NCBI RefSeq assembly: GCF_006345805.1
Contig: NW_021833585.1
Span: 1 to 57,940, forward strand
Direction: 5' to 3'
DNA: 57,940 nucleotides
From: Octopus sinensis
Lineage: Eukaryota
Made by a program: the position numbers and the translations under genes. Shown piece after piece: positions 1 through 12,323 of the stretch. The notes under the pieces are model-generated. The model made no database searches. It saw only the letters and a list, made by a program, of their open reading frames with translations, and was not told the DNA's origin. How positions within the stretch are numbered: position 1 is the stretch's first letter; the number at the start of each line of letters is the position of its first letter.

Positions 1-200
1 TCATGGGAGCTGTGCTGTTTTCTGACCTTGTAAACATCTCCACGGGTGTTAGACAGGTGGAGTTTGAAAAGGTGCTCAGTGTTATTGTTGGTAAGATGGT
101 TAACAGAAATGTTATGATTTATACAGAAGGTGGGACTTGGAGAGATTCCCATTTGGTGTACACATCAGGATGCATGAAACACAAATGGATTTATCTTGGT
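1..200 (-). mobile_element. CR1/L2-like LINE fragment (ORF2 C-terminal region), continues off the window edge
   Basis: The minus strand reads ...NTEHLFKLHLSNTRGDVYKVRKQHSSH, resembling the NTRGH-x-x-K motif near the end of CR1/L2 ORF2 proteins. Confidence 0.5.
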
Positions 201-822
201 TGTACAACAGAATAATTATACAAAAGTTTTAATGGGCACAGATACGACGTCAGGCACAATAACAGTGGCTCGACAGAATTTGCTGAACATTTGTTTCAAA
301 CGGCTGCAATTTTTAAAAAGTCTTGAAAGCGCATATTCTCAGAAAATATTCCGAATCTGCTTCCCTTTCAATATTCAAAATGCATGAGGAAAAATAAGTT
401 TGCGTGTTATTAATATCACGCCCTGGAGGAATGGATAAAATGACAGGAGAATATTATAAAACTTACACAAATCTGTTTTGAATATTCTTTTTCCTTTCCT
501 TTTTTCTTTCCTTATTTTTCTCGCCTTTTTCTTTCTGTCTCTTTCTTTTCGCCTGTTATAAAATTGAAACTTAAAGGTTGATGATGCCATTCCATCGACG
601 TGTGGACGCTGATTGCTGCCGTTCATACTTTAGAGTTGAATTTCTATAATTTTGAATATTTATCACTTTGTGTTTGAACTCGACAAAGACAGGTTTGCTG
701 GAGAAATATCGTTCAACCACTAAAATATCTATTGCAATCGCATCCCGCTCTCGTCTTGTTCGTTTACCTTTGTGAAGTGTTACGTCAATCCTTTAAAAAT
801 ATTATCATTATTTTCATTATTA

Positions 823-861
<39 letters not shown>

Positions 862-1401
862 TATATAAATACCTGGGTATTTTAGAAATTAAGAAAAGTG
901 AAAAGAAGGAAAGCTTTAGGCAAGAATATCTCCAAAGAACCAAGTTAATTATAGGAAGTAGGCTCAATGGGAAGAACAAAATCAGGGCTATGAACAGTGA
1001 TACGATGCAGGTGCTGTTATGTGGACAAAGAACGAGCTTGAAGAAATGGACTGGAAAACTAGAAATGTTATGACAATTAAAAAGGAATCATGCCTCAAAA
1101 GTATACATGTATACTTACAGTATACATGTGCCTAGAAATAGTGGTGGTGGAAGAGGTCACATAAGATGCAATATCTGTGTTGTCAACGAGAAGAACAGTC
1201 CGGGATGGTACATTGAAAAAACATAGTGATTCCTTTCTTGCTGCTGTTAGAATTAAGAACGGAGTACCTACCGAAGACGTGAGGCACACACAAACATTTA
1301 AGAAGCAAGCTGTAGAATAAATAGTAAACAATTGGAATACGAAACCACTGAATGGGTAATACTTCAGAGAAATAGAAGAAAAAGACAAGACCCGCCGCTA
1401 T

Positions 1402-1548
1402 ATTCTCATCTTTCCCAGTTGTATGGACTCAAGTAACGTGAAATGAAGTGTTTTGCTCATGAACACAACGCGACGCCCGGTCCTAAAATAGAAACCATAA
1501 GCCTACGTTCATGTACCCAACACCCTAATCACTAAGCTACGCACATCT
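1402..1548 (-). mobile_element. tRNA-derived SINE 5' part (same family as 36880-37120)
   Basis: The reverse complement aligns by eye with 36883-37030 (gcttagtg.ttagggtgttg...ggaccgggcg...gcgttgtgttc.tgagcaaaacacttcattt.cacgtt). Confidence 0.8.
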
Positions 1549-1659
1549 ACTACCCGGAAGAAGGAAGAGGCTAAAGCATAAGCGTATTTTTAGACGTGTA
1601 TTTGAATATGATTGTGCGCGTATGGGTATGTGCACGTGTGTGTGCACGCGCATGTGTGT

Positions 1660-1910
1660 GGAATCTGAAAGAAGCTCGTCGTATATATGTGCGTGTGTGT
1701 GTGTGTGTGTGCGCGTCCCCCACCACTACTAGACAACCTGTGTACGTGTACTCATATCTCAGTAACTTAGTGGTTCGGTAAAAAAATAGAGTGATACAAT
1801 AAGTACCAAGCTTGAAATAGTAGGTAATGGTGTCAATTCCTTCAGCTAAAACTTTTCACGGCGATGTCCCAGCATTGCCGCAGTTTAGTAACTGAAACAA
1901 GTAAAACACC
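1660..1910 (+). mobile_element. SINE family A, degenerate 3' two-thirds
   Basis: ctgaaagaagc.cgtcgtatatat - (TG)n - gtaacttagtggttcgg - aataagtacc - actgaaacaagtaaaa, shared with the other family A copies. Confidence 0.75.
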
Positions 1911-2113
1911 CGCGCAAATAAATAGATCTGAATACCAAGAGCCACAAGGAAAAATCAGTGCAAAATATGAAGTACATAAAATAGCAAACGTTCTCAGAAT
2001 AAAGACTACTACCTCAAAAAGAAGACCCAGTTAACCCCCTGGGAAATAGTTGCTGCAAATTGCGGTGCACAGAATTAATAGCACACAATCTCTCTCACTC
2101 CCTCTTATTTTCC

Positions 2114-2154
<41 letters not shown>

Positions 2155-2249
2155 ATTCTTTCTCTCTCACACACAAACGCTCACACATTCACACACACTC
2201 GCGACCATGCACAAGTAAAAACACTATTCAATTATGTTTACGCGATCTC

Positions 2250-2590
2250 GCTGTATGACAATGCACCGTTTCACGCGGTTAAAAAGCGATCATCAGCGAA
2301 GTAGACACATGGAACGGCTTCCTACAATCGCTGCACCGCATCTCAGAATATAATTGAATCGTGTATTTGGGACCAGCAACTGGGAAACCGCTTCTCTCCA
2401 CTATTGCCATTGAAAGAGCTGAAGCAGATTTTACTTAAAGAATGTCTCGAAATTCGCCTAACAATAATTGGTAACCTGTTCGAGTTAATTCTTCTATATA
2501 TTTAATCTGTTAATGATGTCAAAGGTGAAACGACTCTGTATTAAATTTCCCATTAAACAAGATATTGCCATATTTTGTCCAAGTACTGCA
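2250..2590 (+). mobile_element. Tc1-like transposon, 3' fragment (degenerate)
   Basis: Translates in pieces to DNAPFHA...PHLRI/IESCIWDQQLGNRFSPLLPLKELKQILLKECLEIRLTIIGNLFELI...VKGETTLY*, homologous to the Tc1 C-terminus at 5760-6242; a TIR-like end follows (cagtacttggacaaaatatggcaa on the minus strand). Confidence 0.75.
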
Positions 2591-3339
2591 CACATGTATC
2601 TGTACACATGTGTATATGCATATGGCAGCATTTGTTATTTTCTTTCAGTATCTTTTTTAAATATGATTGAAACACTCGGTTCACAAAAATCAACACACAC
2701 ACACACGCACACTAACAAGCAAACACAACTGTATCATTTATAGTTAAATGATATAAATATCAGACAGAAAACGCAAAAAAAAAACATTTTTCGGCTACAA
2801 ATACCTTCTTTGCTATTTGTTCTTCGAGTTAATACCTTGTCATACTTCTTGCAGTCAGAAATGCAGTGAAACCGTATTTCTGATAGCAGGATTGACATGC
2901 GGAATTGGTTCGTTGGAAGTCTGTGACGAACGAAGCTATTATTCACGAAATATGATGTAAAAAAAAACTCTACATGCACAGCGCGTGCACACACTCATGC
3001 ATACAACAAAAGATAATATAATATAATACAAAATAATGATGTGTGTGTGTGTGTGTGTGTGTGTACGCGCGTATGTTTGTAATACTTAGGGCAGGAGCTA
3101 AGAGCATATCATACCAGTTTGACATGCATTTAAGTGAATCATCTATATTCGAAACATGAAAATAAAGCACTTGAAAATTGTAACTGGCAAGCCACTCAAC
3201 GTATAAAATAGGATATATGAATATGTGTACTGGTTTGGCGCAGGAGAAGGGTGAGGCCGTTCTTACTCGTTCTATTACAACAGAGTTTTGTATAACCTTC
3301 CTATGTTTGTAAGTATGCGTGCATGAATACATATATGCA

Positions 3340-3348
3340 TGAATGTAC

Positions 3349-3379
<31 letters not shown>

Positions 3380-3472
3380 TATGTACATAAATATATATTC
3401 AATCACTCTCATACGAACGTACAAATACGTACATCTCTACATCAACCCCCCCTCCATACACACACATATACG

Positions 3473-3534
<62 letters not shown>

Positions 3535-3789
3535 CATAACGACAGAAAAAGGTTGTATTGTTAGCGAATCGAGCAAGCTTTCAACATACACCAGATCAAA
3601 AGAAATATTGCTTTATTATTTCTATTTAAAATTTAGGTTTTGAATTCAACTAGCAATAAAGTTACAAAAATAGACATACTGATACACTCACGTACGTACA
3701 CAGATATGCAATGAGATATCCATGCATATACATGTACATACGAGTCTTTTAACAGCATTGAGAGATATACTATGCAATCATACGCAACA

Positions 3790-3829
<40 letters not shown>

Positions 3830-3939
3830 CTGTTTGAAAACATGTATAGATATGTAATGACACCAACATGCAGATACATGTTCACACGAGAGTTTTGACT
3901 GCATAGAGATATAGTATGCAGTCACACACAAACTGTCTG

Positions 3940-3981
<42 letters not shown>

Positions 3982-4505
3982 AATCTATCTATCTATCTAT
4001 CTATTTGCCTGTCTACCAAACTTTCTATCTATCTTTTCATCTATCTTTCTTTTAATCTGTGCATGTATCTGTACACTGCACATGTATGTATCCCGATATC
4101 TATCATATTATATGTATTTATATATATGTGTGTATATGTATGTGTATGTATGTATATATATATATGTGTGTGTGTGAGTGTGTGTATATGTGTTTATATG
4201 TGTATATATGTCTATATACATTCATATATATATGTTTATATATCTAATCATATACATATATATGTGTACGTGCGTGCGTGTCTGTACATATATATGTTTC
4301 TATATACGTATTCCGATTGCTTTTTTTAACGTGATATCGTTTCCATTCTTCTCTTTTACTGACTCAAAATATACACACGAACTCACAGACGCACGCACCT
4401 GCGTACACACACATACATACACACACACACACATACACGCATGCACATACATACATACATAAATACATACACTCACGCACACACACGCATATACATACGT
4501 GTGTG
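3340..4505. repeat. Compound microsatellite field: (TA)n, (TCTA)n at about 3940-4010, (TG)n, (CA)n, (TACA)n
   Basis: Directly visible tandem di- and tetranucleotide repeats. Confidence 0.95.
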
Positions 4506-5589
4506 TGATTTGGAATGTGCATGAAACTGAGTAATAATATAGATTTCAGTTACGTAAACTATAAATATAAAATGCTTTATATGAATTGCCACTCTGTGTC
4601 TCTCCGTGTTACCTAAGACTATCAACATATAATCGCCTTTTACCACATGTCTGTCTACTGATACATATGTTACATCTTTACGGGTTTTGAAATGGAAGCA
4701 ATAAATACCGGGTCACCGGAAGACGAAACTACAAAATTCCTAATTGAGAAATCGTAAAACTAAGTGTTAATTATCATTAATATAATCTTATAATCTCGAA
4801 TACAGAACAAAATTTGTTTTACTATATATATTGGGATACGTGTTGATTTAAGACCACAGAGGCATGAAATTCATGTCGCGAGAAACAAAGCTCAATTTCA
4901 GTTTCAACAAATATATATAGATGCTCTAGAATATGTATTGAACACTCTTCTCTCAGATGTCTAGCATAAACGAATACACACAAACACACGCGTTGCTCGA
5001 AACGTTAAACCATCTTTCCTTCCTTTCTTGACGTGGTACTTTACATGTACCACGTCCATGCTTTGTTGTTTTCTTGTGTTCGTTGTTGTTCTTTTGGGGA
5101 TTTATTATATGTATATATATAAATATTCACTGGATGTTTGATTTCTATCACTTTCGATATATGTTCTCAGATTGAAACACTCTGAAATGTTCGTATTGGA
5201 GCTTTCGGCTCGAATGTCAAGCACAATAGCATGCCATTTCAAAATTTCTGGGAAAGTGAATTTCGTCATGGTGCTGCTATATATATATATAAGGTAGAAA
5301 AGTAAATAACATACGAGTTGATATGTATAAGGAAAATAAGATAAGGTAGAAATTGCTAAAATAATTTTTTCATGTAGTACATCAAGTCTTTTAGACATTT
5401 TATAATAAGAAAAGCAATTAAATTGGAGAAAAAAAAAGGTAAAATAATTTGTAATATTTCCATAGTCTTCAAGTGGTTTGCCTTTCTCTCTCTATTCCTT
5501 TGGGAATGCTCGGTAGGTAGGCAGTAGTAAATCTGAAGGAATTGTTTTAAGAGTACAAAGAATTGATTGTTTAAGCAGGGGCAGCCGGT

Positions 5590-5708
5590 GGGAGGAGGAG
5601 GAGGAGGAGAAGAAGAAGAAGAAGAAGAAGAAGAAGAAGAAGAAGAAGAAGAAGAAGAAGAAGAAGAAGAAGAAGAAGAAGAAGAAGAAGAAGAAGAAGA
5701 AGAAGAAG

Positions 5709-5738
<30 letters not shown>
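5590..5738 (+). repeat. (GGA)n(GAA)n array
   Basis: A long, near-pure GAA tract preceded by GGA units. Confidence 0.98.
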
Positions 5739-5741
<3 letters not shown>

Positions 5742-5756
5742 TACAGTTTCCATAAA

Positions 5757-6832
5757 ACTCTATTGAATTCCATGAGGTATGGACTCGTACAAAGTTTGAA
5801 TTGTTTCCAAAGGAAGTTTTGTCCATTCTTCAGCTAAAACAGTCTCCAGTTCTTGTAGTGATGATGGTAGAGGATATCGACTCCTTACATGTTTATCTAA
5901 AATGCTCCATAAATATTCAATAATCTTGAGATCTGGGGACTGTGGTGACCAGATAAGTTGTTCTTCATGCCATTGAGTAACAAGTTTAGCTGTGTGAATT
6001 GTTGCATTATCATCCTGAAAGATTGCATTTCCCTCCAGAAAGAGTTCCGCAACAAAAGGATGAATTTTATCAGATAAAATGCTTAAATAGTCTTGACTAT
6101 TAATTCTGCCATGAAGAGAAGCCAATGGGCCGGCAAATTTCCAAGATATAGCCCCCAAGATCATCAAAGATCTTCCTCCATGTTTATACTGGGCCGGTGG
6201 TTGGAAATATGGCAAAGGATGACTCGTCCTAGAAAATAACATTCTTCCACTGCTCTACGGACCAATTCTGTAGGGTTTTACTCCACTCTAAACGCTTTTA
6301 ACTTTTGTTTTTCAGTTTTGGTTTTCTGATTGCAGCCCTCCCGTGAAATCCAGCTTTGTGTAGCTCCCTGGGAACAGTTTTCGTATAATTTGGGTTCTCG
6401 AGATGGTCATTAAGGTCTGCATTAATTTTGGGAGCTGTACATTTGTGATTCTTTCTAACAATTTGCGTAAGAATTTGGTTTTCTTCCATAGTTTTGATTC
6501 GACGAGGAGGTTTTTCCCTCTTTCTCAAAGGCCGTCATTACTTTAGAGATAGTACTTGATACACCAAGCATTTCGGCTGCTTTCATTATGCTAGCCCCTA
6601 CCATATGAGCACCAACAATCTGACCTCTTTGCAAGTCCAATAGATGTATCATTTTGATGAGATTTAATTACCTTTTTTGATGATATGTGAAAAGAAACAA
6701 CAATTTTAGCAAAACATATTAAGCAACGCTCATAATAAATCAAAAAACATAAAAATAAACAAGTTTTTGACGGTTTTATAGATATTTCAAAATTATGATG
6801 CTAGGTGTTTCCATAATTTTTACAACATTTGT
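5757..6832 (-). mobile_element. Tc1-like DD34E transposon, frameshifted, 3' end truncated next to the GAA array
   Basis: Fragments: N-terminal HTH (LQRGQIVGAHMVGAS...GRKP), IVRKNHKCTAPKINADLN...ELHKAGFHGRAAIRKP, and the catalytic region (KHGGRSLMILGAISW...FQDDNATIHTAK...WSPQSPDLKIIEYLW). The 5' TIR-like end abuts (TA)n at 6832. Confidence 0.92.
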
Positions 6833-7073
6833 ATATATATATATATATAGTCAATAATAAAAGGGTAAAATTAATTAATTTTTAATTAATAATTTTACCA
6901 AGTAGTGTTCAGTATGTAAAAAGACCATTTACGGTATATTTAAAACATTACGTTATATAATTAGGGTTCAGTAAAAAAATTTACTTTACCACACACCAAA
7001 CTTTTAGAAAGAGCAGCCAAAAGATTTAGCTATTTCCTCTACTATAAGAAAATTATCCCAGACAATGTATATA

Positions 7074-7146
<73 letters not shown>

Positions 7147-7605
7147 TATATATATTAGAGGGGGAAGCGAGTGGGCTTTTTCAAAGAGTAGACGTGGTCC
7201 AAATACTGTACTGTGGATTCCGCTAAAGTAAACAAGACAACAGTTGCTGTTAAAATTCATCGGTCGACCGATTAAAATCCGAGTAAGCCAGAGCGGGATT
7301 AGAACCCACAGGGTTGAGGAAATAACGCGAAATATTCTATTTGATATTCTAACGACTGAGACAATTTAACGCCGTTTTGTGAGAGCTGCATTTTATACGC
7401 AATCCAATCCGAACATATATCTGCGTGTGCATGTGTGTGTGTGTGTGGTGCGTTTGCGCGCGCGCGTGTATGTTTATCGGCGCGCGTGTATGTGTGTGCG
7501 CGCATGAGTGAATTTGTATTGGCGTATGAAAGGTGTTTGCTCGTTTCTGTATATGTAAGTCTTTATATGTGTGTATGTGCATGAAGGTGAATAGACGTCT
7601 TTGTA

Positions 7606-7643
<38 letters not shown>

Positions 7644-8188
7644 TACGTGTGTAATTTCCTCTGCAAAAGGGTAAGACTATGATCTCTAGTTCACAATTTT
7701 AATTTGCAGCTGAACTGAGTTAGTGCATTGCAGCAAATCAGCGATGTGGCTGATAGTGTATCAAAAGATCAACTTCGGTCGATACCGGCCGGTATCAAAG
7801 GCTATTTCCAGTAAGTAACATCATATACGACGACAGCAATAGAAGCGGTAAGTCTCAGCAGGCAAACAACTCAACGGTGACACGACATACAACATTACAC
7901 TATTAGTAGGTGCAATAATTAGTAGGCTTCCGCAACGCGCAGGTTTTGTATTTTTATACTCTCCGATGTACTTTGAATAAATAGATAAGAACGCAATTTC
8001 TTTCAAACAGAAAAATATTACATTACGTTCCAGCTTGCTTTCGTTGAAATCACGTGTAAATGGTGGCTTAATATGGTTCATATTTGAACACTTTGTACGT
8101 ACAGTTTTACAGCAGATTTATTTGAAGCACACACGCGAATATACACATGCACTTGTTGCTCATGCATATATATGAATCTATATATGAA

Positions 8189-8575
8189 TATACGAGCAAA
8201 ACGCCCCCACGTTCAATGGACGGTGCTGAGTTTTCAAACGTTTAAACCAAATTTTCTCAAAACAACTTGTCCGGCCGTCCCATAGGCCTCCCCTTTGAGA
8301 AACACTGATTTAACCTCAATTTGAGACACCAGCAAAAGAAGAAATAAATATAGACATTTTTTTCTATTCCAAGAAAAACGATTTTACAAATGCACGTTCC
8401 CACGGCTTTATCGATCGCATTCTCACCTGGAATCGATATTTGTATTTTTTCCAAAACTTATACACTCCTTGATACCGTCGGTATTTACATATCAAATTTG
8501 AGCGCATTCGGATGGAGGATGCCCGAGATCCTAGAAGATACACACACAGACAGATAGAACGTATTTTATATAATA
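8189..8575 (+). mobile_element. Non-autonomous dispersed repeat, Helitron/Helentron-like architecture; second copy at 15607-15850
   Basis: Shares atacgagcaaaacgcc...aatggacggtgctgagtt...cataggcctccccttt...gagatcctagaaga.acaca.a.agac.ga.agaacg.attttata with 15607-15850; no TIR or poly-A tail; CA/GACA-rich tract before the AT-rich 3' end. Confidence 0.7.
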
Positions 8576-8952
8576 AATATGAATGTCTTTTTCACCCTTG
8601 CCGGAGTTGGTTACTATCAAAGAAACATATTCTCCATTGTTGGAGTATGGATTAATGTTACATACTGAAACTTTCGAAAATTATATTTTTACTGTTTCAT
8701 TTATAGTTTATATCTGCAAAATTCATGTTAGCCATTCTCTTATTTTTTATTGCTAATTCTAACAACTCCAGACTCAGGATTAGGCATATAGTAAATTAAA
8801 AAAAGTTTACGGATGCTTGTTGCTATGTGCATAAATTTATAATCGAGGTACAGTAGTTGTTGGTACTTCTAGCTGAGTTTGGAAGAAATGTTCACATCTG
8901 CAAGATCTATCACAGAGTAGACGTCATACTAATTTTTGCACTTGAAAAGTTT

Positions 8953-8995
8953 ACAGTGACTTCGAAGTTTTGATTCAACAGTCATCACTACACTG
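8953..8995 (-). ncRNA. Degenerate hammerhead-ribozyme-like motif (palindromic stem III family)
   Basis: The minus strand reads cagtgta-GTGATGA-ctgttgaatc-AAAAC-TTCGAA-GTC-actgt. It shares AAACTTCGAAGTCACTGT with 35818-35836 but carries two core mutations. Confidence 0.45.
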
Positions 8996-9124
8996 CCTCA
9001 TAACAGTTGATAAGTCGAAATTTCACAGTCACCGTTTACTTTTACCTTGTATATATATATATATATATATATATAAACGAATATACGTACATACTTATAT
9101 ACGTATATGTGTGTGTGTGAGTGA

Positions 9125-9163
<39 letters not shown>

Positions 9164-9996
9164 CATCAATTTATATAAGTGTATACACACACATATTTGC
9201 ACAAAGGAGTATATATATCTCAAGAACACATCTCGTGAAACGTTGCTTTCATTTCAGCTTCGTAATATTTAACCGTATTTCGTGTAATATTTCGTGACAC
9301 TAAAACTGAAGCCCTTTTATCATCACCAATATTTTTATCTTATCGATCAATAGTATCACATTAAAATTATCCTGTCGGTAAGTAGAGAATATGTTTTCCC
9401 AATCTGTAATCATAAAAGAAAAAAATCATATTTATTAAATTACTCTGAAATTCGACTTTCGGTTCAATTTATTTTTTCTCCTCCCTTACACCCACCCGCC
9501 CAACCATACACAAGCACAAACGCACACGTAGACACGCAAGTATGTGCCTATAAAATATATGTGCGTGAATGTATGTATGCATACGAGAATGTATTTGTGC
9601 GTATTGTTTTGTCTTACTGCGTGTTTATATGTACCTTCAGTAGTTTATTTTTATTGCGTGCACTTCAAAACCAAACACAGCGATGCGTAGTACTTACTTA
9701 TTAATGATAATGTCTATATGTCGTAAAGTCTTGGGAGTTTCAGTTACGTATTATATATTTTTTTTAATTCTCAAGGTACTTATTATAGTTAATGTTCCTG
9801 TTTTCAGTCATCACATTCCGATTATCCCTGTTTCCAGATGCTTACATTTACTCTATACATTTCATTAATTTGGTTAATTTGCCTGCGGTTATGTAATGCT
9901 GTCAATTTCTAATAAGAATGTAATAGTGTTAAACATGACTACCAATGACAAGAAATTTGATGATGTTTGTAATAAAGTAAAAAAAAAAAAAAAGTT

Positions 9997-10139
9997 GGTG
10001 GCTGTTCGGTAAGAAGTTTCCTTCTCAAACACATGGTTCTGGGTTCGGTCCCACAGCACGTGGCACATTGAGCAAGTGTCTTCTTCTAAACTGAGCCGTG
10101 TGAAAAGATTTGGTAGACAGAAACTAAAAGAAGCGCTTC

Positions 10140-10207
<68 letters not shown>

Positions 10208-10369
10208 GTGTGTGTGCGCCCATGTCTTTATGTCTGTGTTTGTCCCCCAAGCTGACCGCACAAGGACCGGTGCTGGCGCTTTTACATCTCGTCAAATTAG
10301 TGGTTCGTAAAACAGACTTATAGAATAAGTACCAGGCTTTATAAAGATACAAGTACTGGGGTCGATTCG
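9997..10369 (+). mobile_element. SINE family A (tRNA-like head, internal microsatellite)
   Basis: ggtggctgttcggtaagaag...ggttctgggttcggtcccac...gatttggtagacagaaactaaaagaagc-(TG)n-tgtttgtccccc...tagaataagtaccaggc...ctggggtcgatt. Confidence 0.85.
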
Positions 10370-10504
10370 AATACTCTGCTGCAGATAAAGCGCTGGTAGT
10401 TGGCTGGGATTGAAGGCGAGGTGTTGGTTCTAGACTTGCACAGTTCGAGTTTCTTTTGTGTTCCTGCAACCCTGTTCTGTTCGTATGAGGTGGCACTTCT
10501 TTTC

Positions 10505-10790
10505 GTGCAGCTTTGACAAGCAGGGCGGTCTTACACTATCGTTTCCCAGGTGTCGGCGTTGACCTCAATCTTTTCAATGTGCGCGTGTGTCTGTGTGAAT
10601 GTATGACAGGTCACGTACCATCCTGCTCTGCAGGAAATGTATGTGGAACCAGTTATCACTGTTGAAGAGGTAACCCTGTAGTTTCTTTATACTTTTATGT
10701 ACCTCGGCAGCATAGTCTCCAGGTTTGTGAACATTGACGATCAAGTCAACACACACCTCACTGAGGGAAGCTCTAGTAAACATTGATGGA
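10505..10790 (+). mobile_element. RTE-clade LINE reverse transcriptase fragment
   Basis: Reads MYVEPVITVEEVTL*FLYTFMYLGSIVSRFVNIDDQVNTHL, matching the RTE/BovB-type YVEPNITV...FTYLGSTLSR.VHIDDEVN segment. Confidence 0.75.
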
Positions 10791-11104
10791 ATAGCTAACG
10801 TTGTTAGGAGACACTTCTTTTTCTGGTGTTCTTTGCAAAGTTAGCTGGGAAATTTGCCTTATTCTCCTAGTCTACTAGAATTGGAATGTTCCACAATAAG
10901 CAGAACATGAAAAACATATATTAAAAAAAAACAAAAAAACTATACTATTTCCGATCCAGGATAAATGTGATAGACACTGCAATAGTTCAACCTTCGTAAA
11001 ATCGGTAAAACGTGTTTAATCATCCAACGAATCTTTCTTTCATGTTGTACAACCATGGTAAATACAACGTTTACCCATAACTCGTTTGAACACGCCTTTT
11101 CGAT

Positions 11105-11210
11105 AACTATTTCTGCTGCTGCTGCTGCTGCAAACAACAATTGTTATTAATGATAACAACAACAGCCATAATAATGATGATAATACTGATGACGATGGTA
11201 ATAATATGAT

Positions 11211-11276
<66 letters not shown>

Positions 11277-11335
11277 CAGCAACGATAACAACAGCAGCAG
11301 TAGCAAGAACAATAATGATGATGATAAGGAAACGT
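11105..11335. repeat. Compound trinucleotide array (CTG/AAC/GAT/TAA)
   Basis: Visible tandem triplets with a long (TAA)n core. Confidence 0.95.
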
Positions 11336-11519
11336 AACATAAAACTATTTTAATTACATCTTATAGATTGGAATTTTATGAGAGCTTCAATTGATCTTGA
11401 AAATAAATAATTGACCTTTCAGAAAAATGGTTTAGGAAATGAAAAGCATCGACATATTTTATTGTTTGTTTTATGGATTAAATGAAAACAAATGTTCAAA
11501 GGCATATATGTGATTGTGT

Positions 11520-11772
11520 GAGTATGTATGTATGTATGTATGTATGTATGTATGTATGTATGTATGTATATATGTGTGTATGTATGTATGTATGTATGTA
11601 TATATGTGTGTGTGTATGTATGTATGTATGTATGTATGTATGTGTGTATGTATGTATGTATGTATGTATGTATGTATGTATGTATGTATATCTGTATGTA
11701 TGTATGTATGTATGTATGTATGTATGTATGTATGTATGTATGTATGTATGTATGTATGTATGTGTGTATGTA
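11520..11772. repeat. (TATG)n tetranucleotide array
   Basis: Visible tandem repeat. Confidence 0.98.
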
Positions 11773-12323
11773 TATAAACTTTTAACGGATGCAAATACCT
11801 TTCAACATAGAAAACTTCCATTTTCATTCCCAGAATCAATCAAGTTTTTCTAGTCTTTCTTTTTTTTTCCCCCTTCTCAACAAAAAGAGATGCGTAGATG
11901 TGTATAGATACCTATGTATCTACCTGCAAACGTATCTCTATTTCTACTTTTCTCTTTTTTTCTGTTTTGCTCTCTTAATATATTTGTCTATCTATTTATC
12001 TATCGTTGTGTGTGTGTGCGCGTGCGCGCGCGCGCATTCGTCTGTGTGTGCGCGCGTCTATGTGTGTTTGTAGTGTTCATTCATGGATCATATTAGCAAG
12101 AAAGTAATCACTCCATTGGCAGATAAATATCATTTAATGAATGCAAAAGTTATACGAGAGCGACTTCAAGTTTCATGCTCGGATAGTTACGTAACGTTTC
12201 TTAGCATTTGCTTACGTGAAGCTGAATGCGTCTTTATTTTCAGCCATCCGAGATTGCAAACAGCGGAGTAGTAAATGAATCAAGTGGTCTTGAGCAATGA
12301 ATTGTTGACAAATAGTGTTACCC

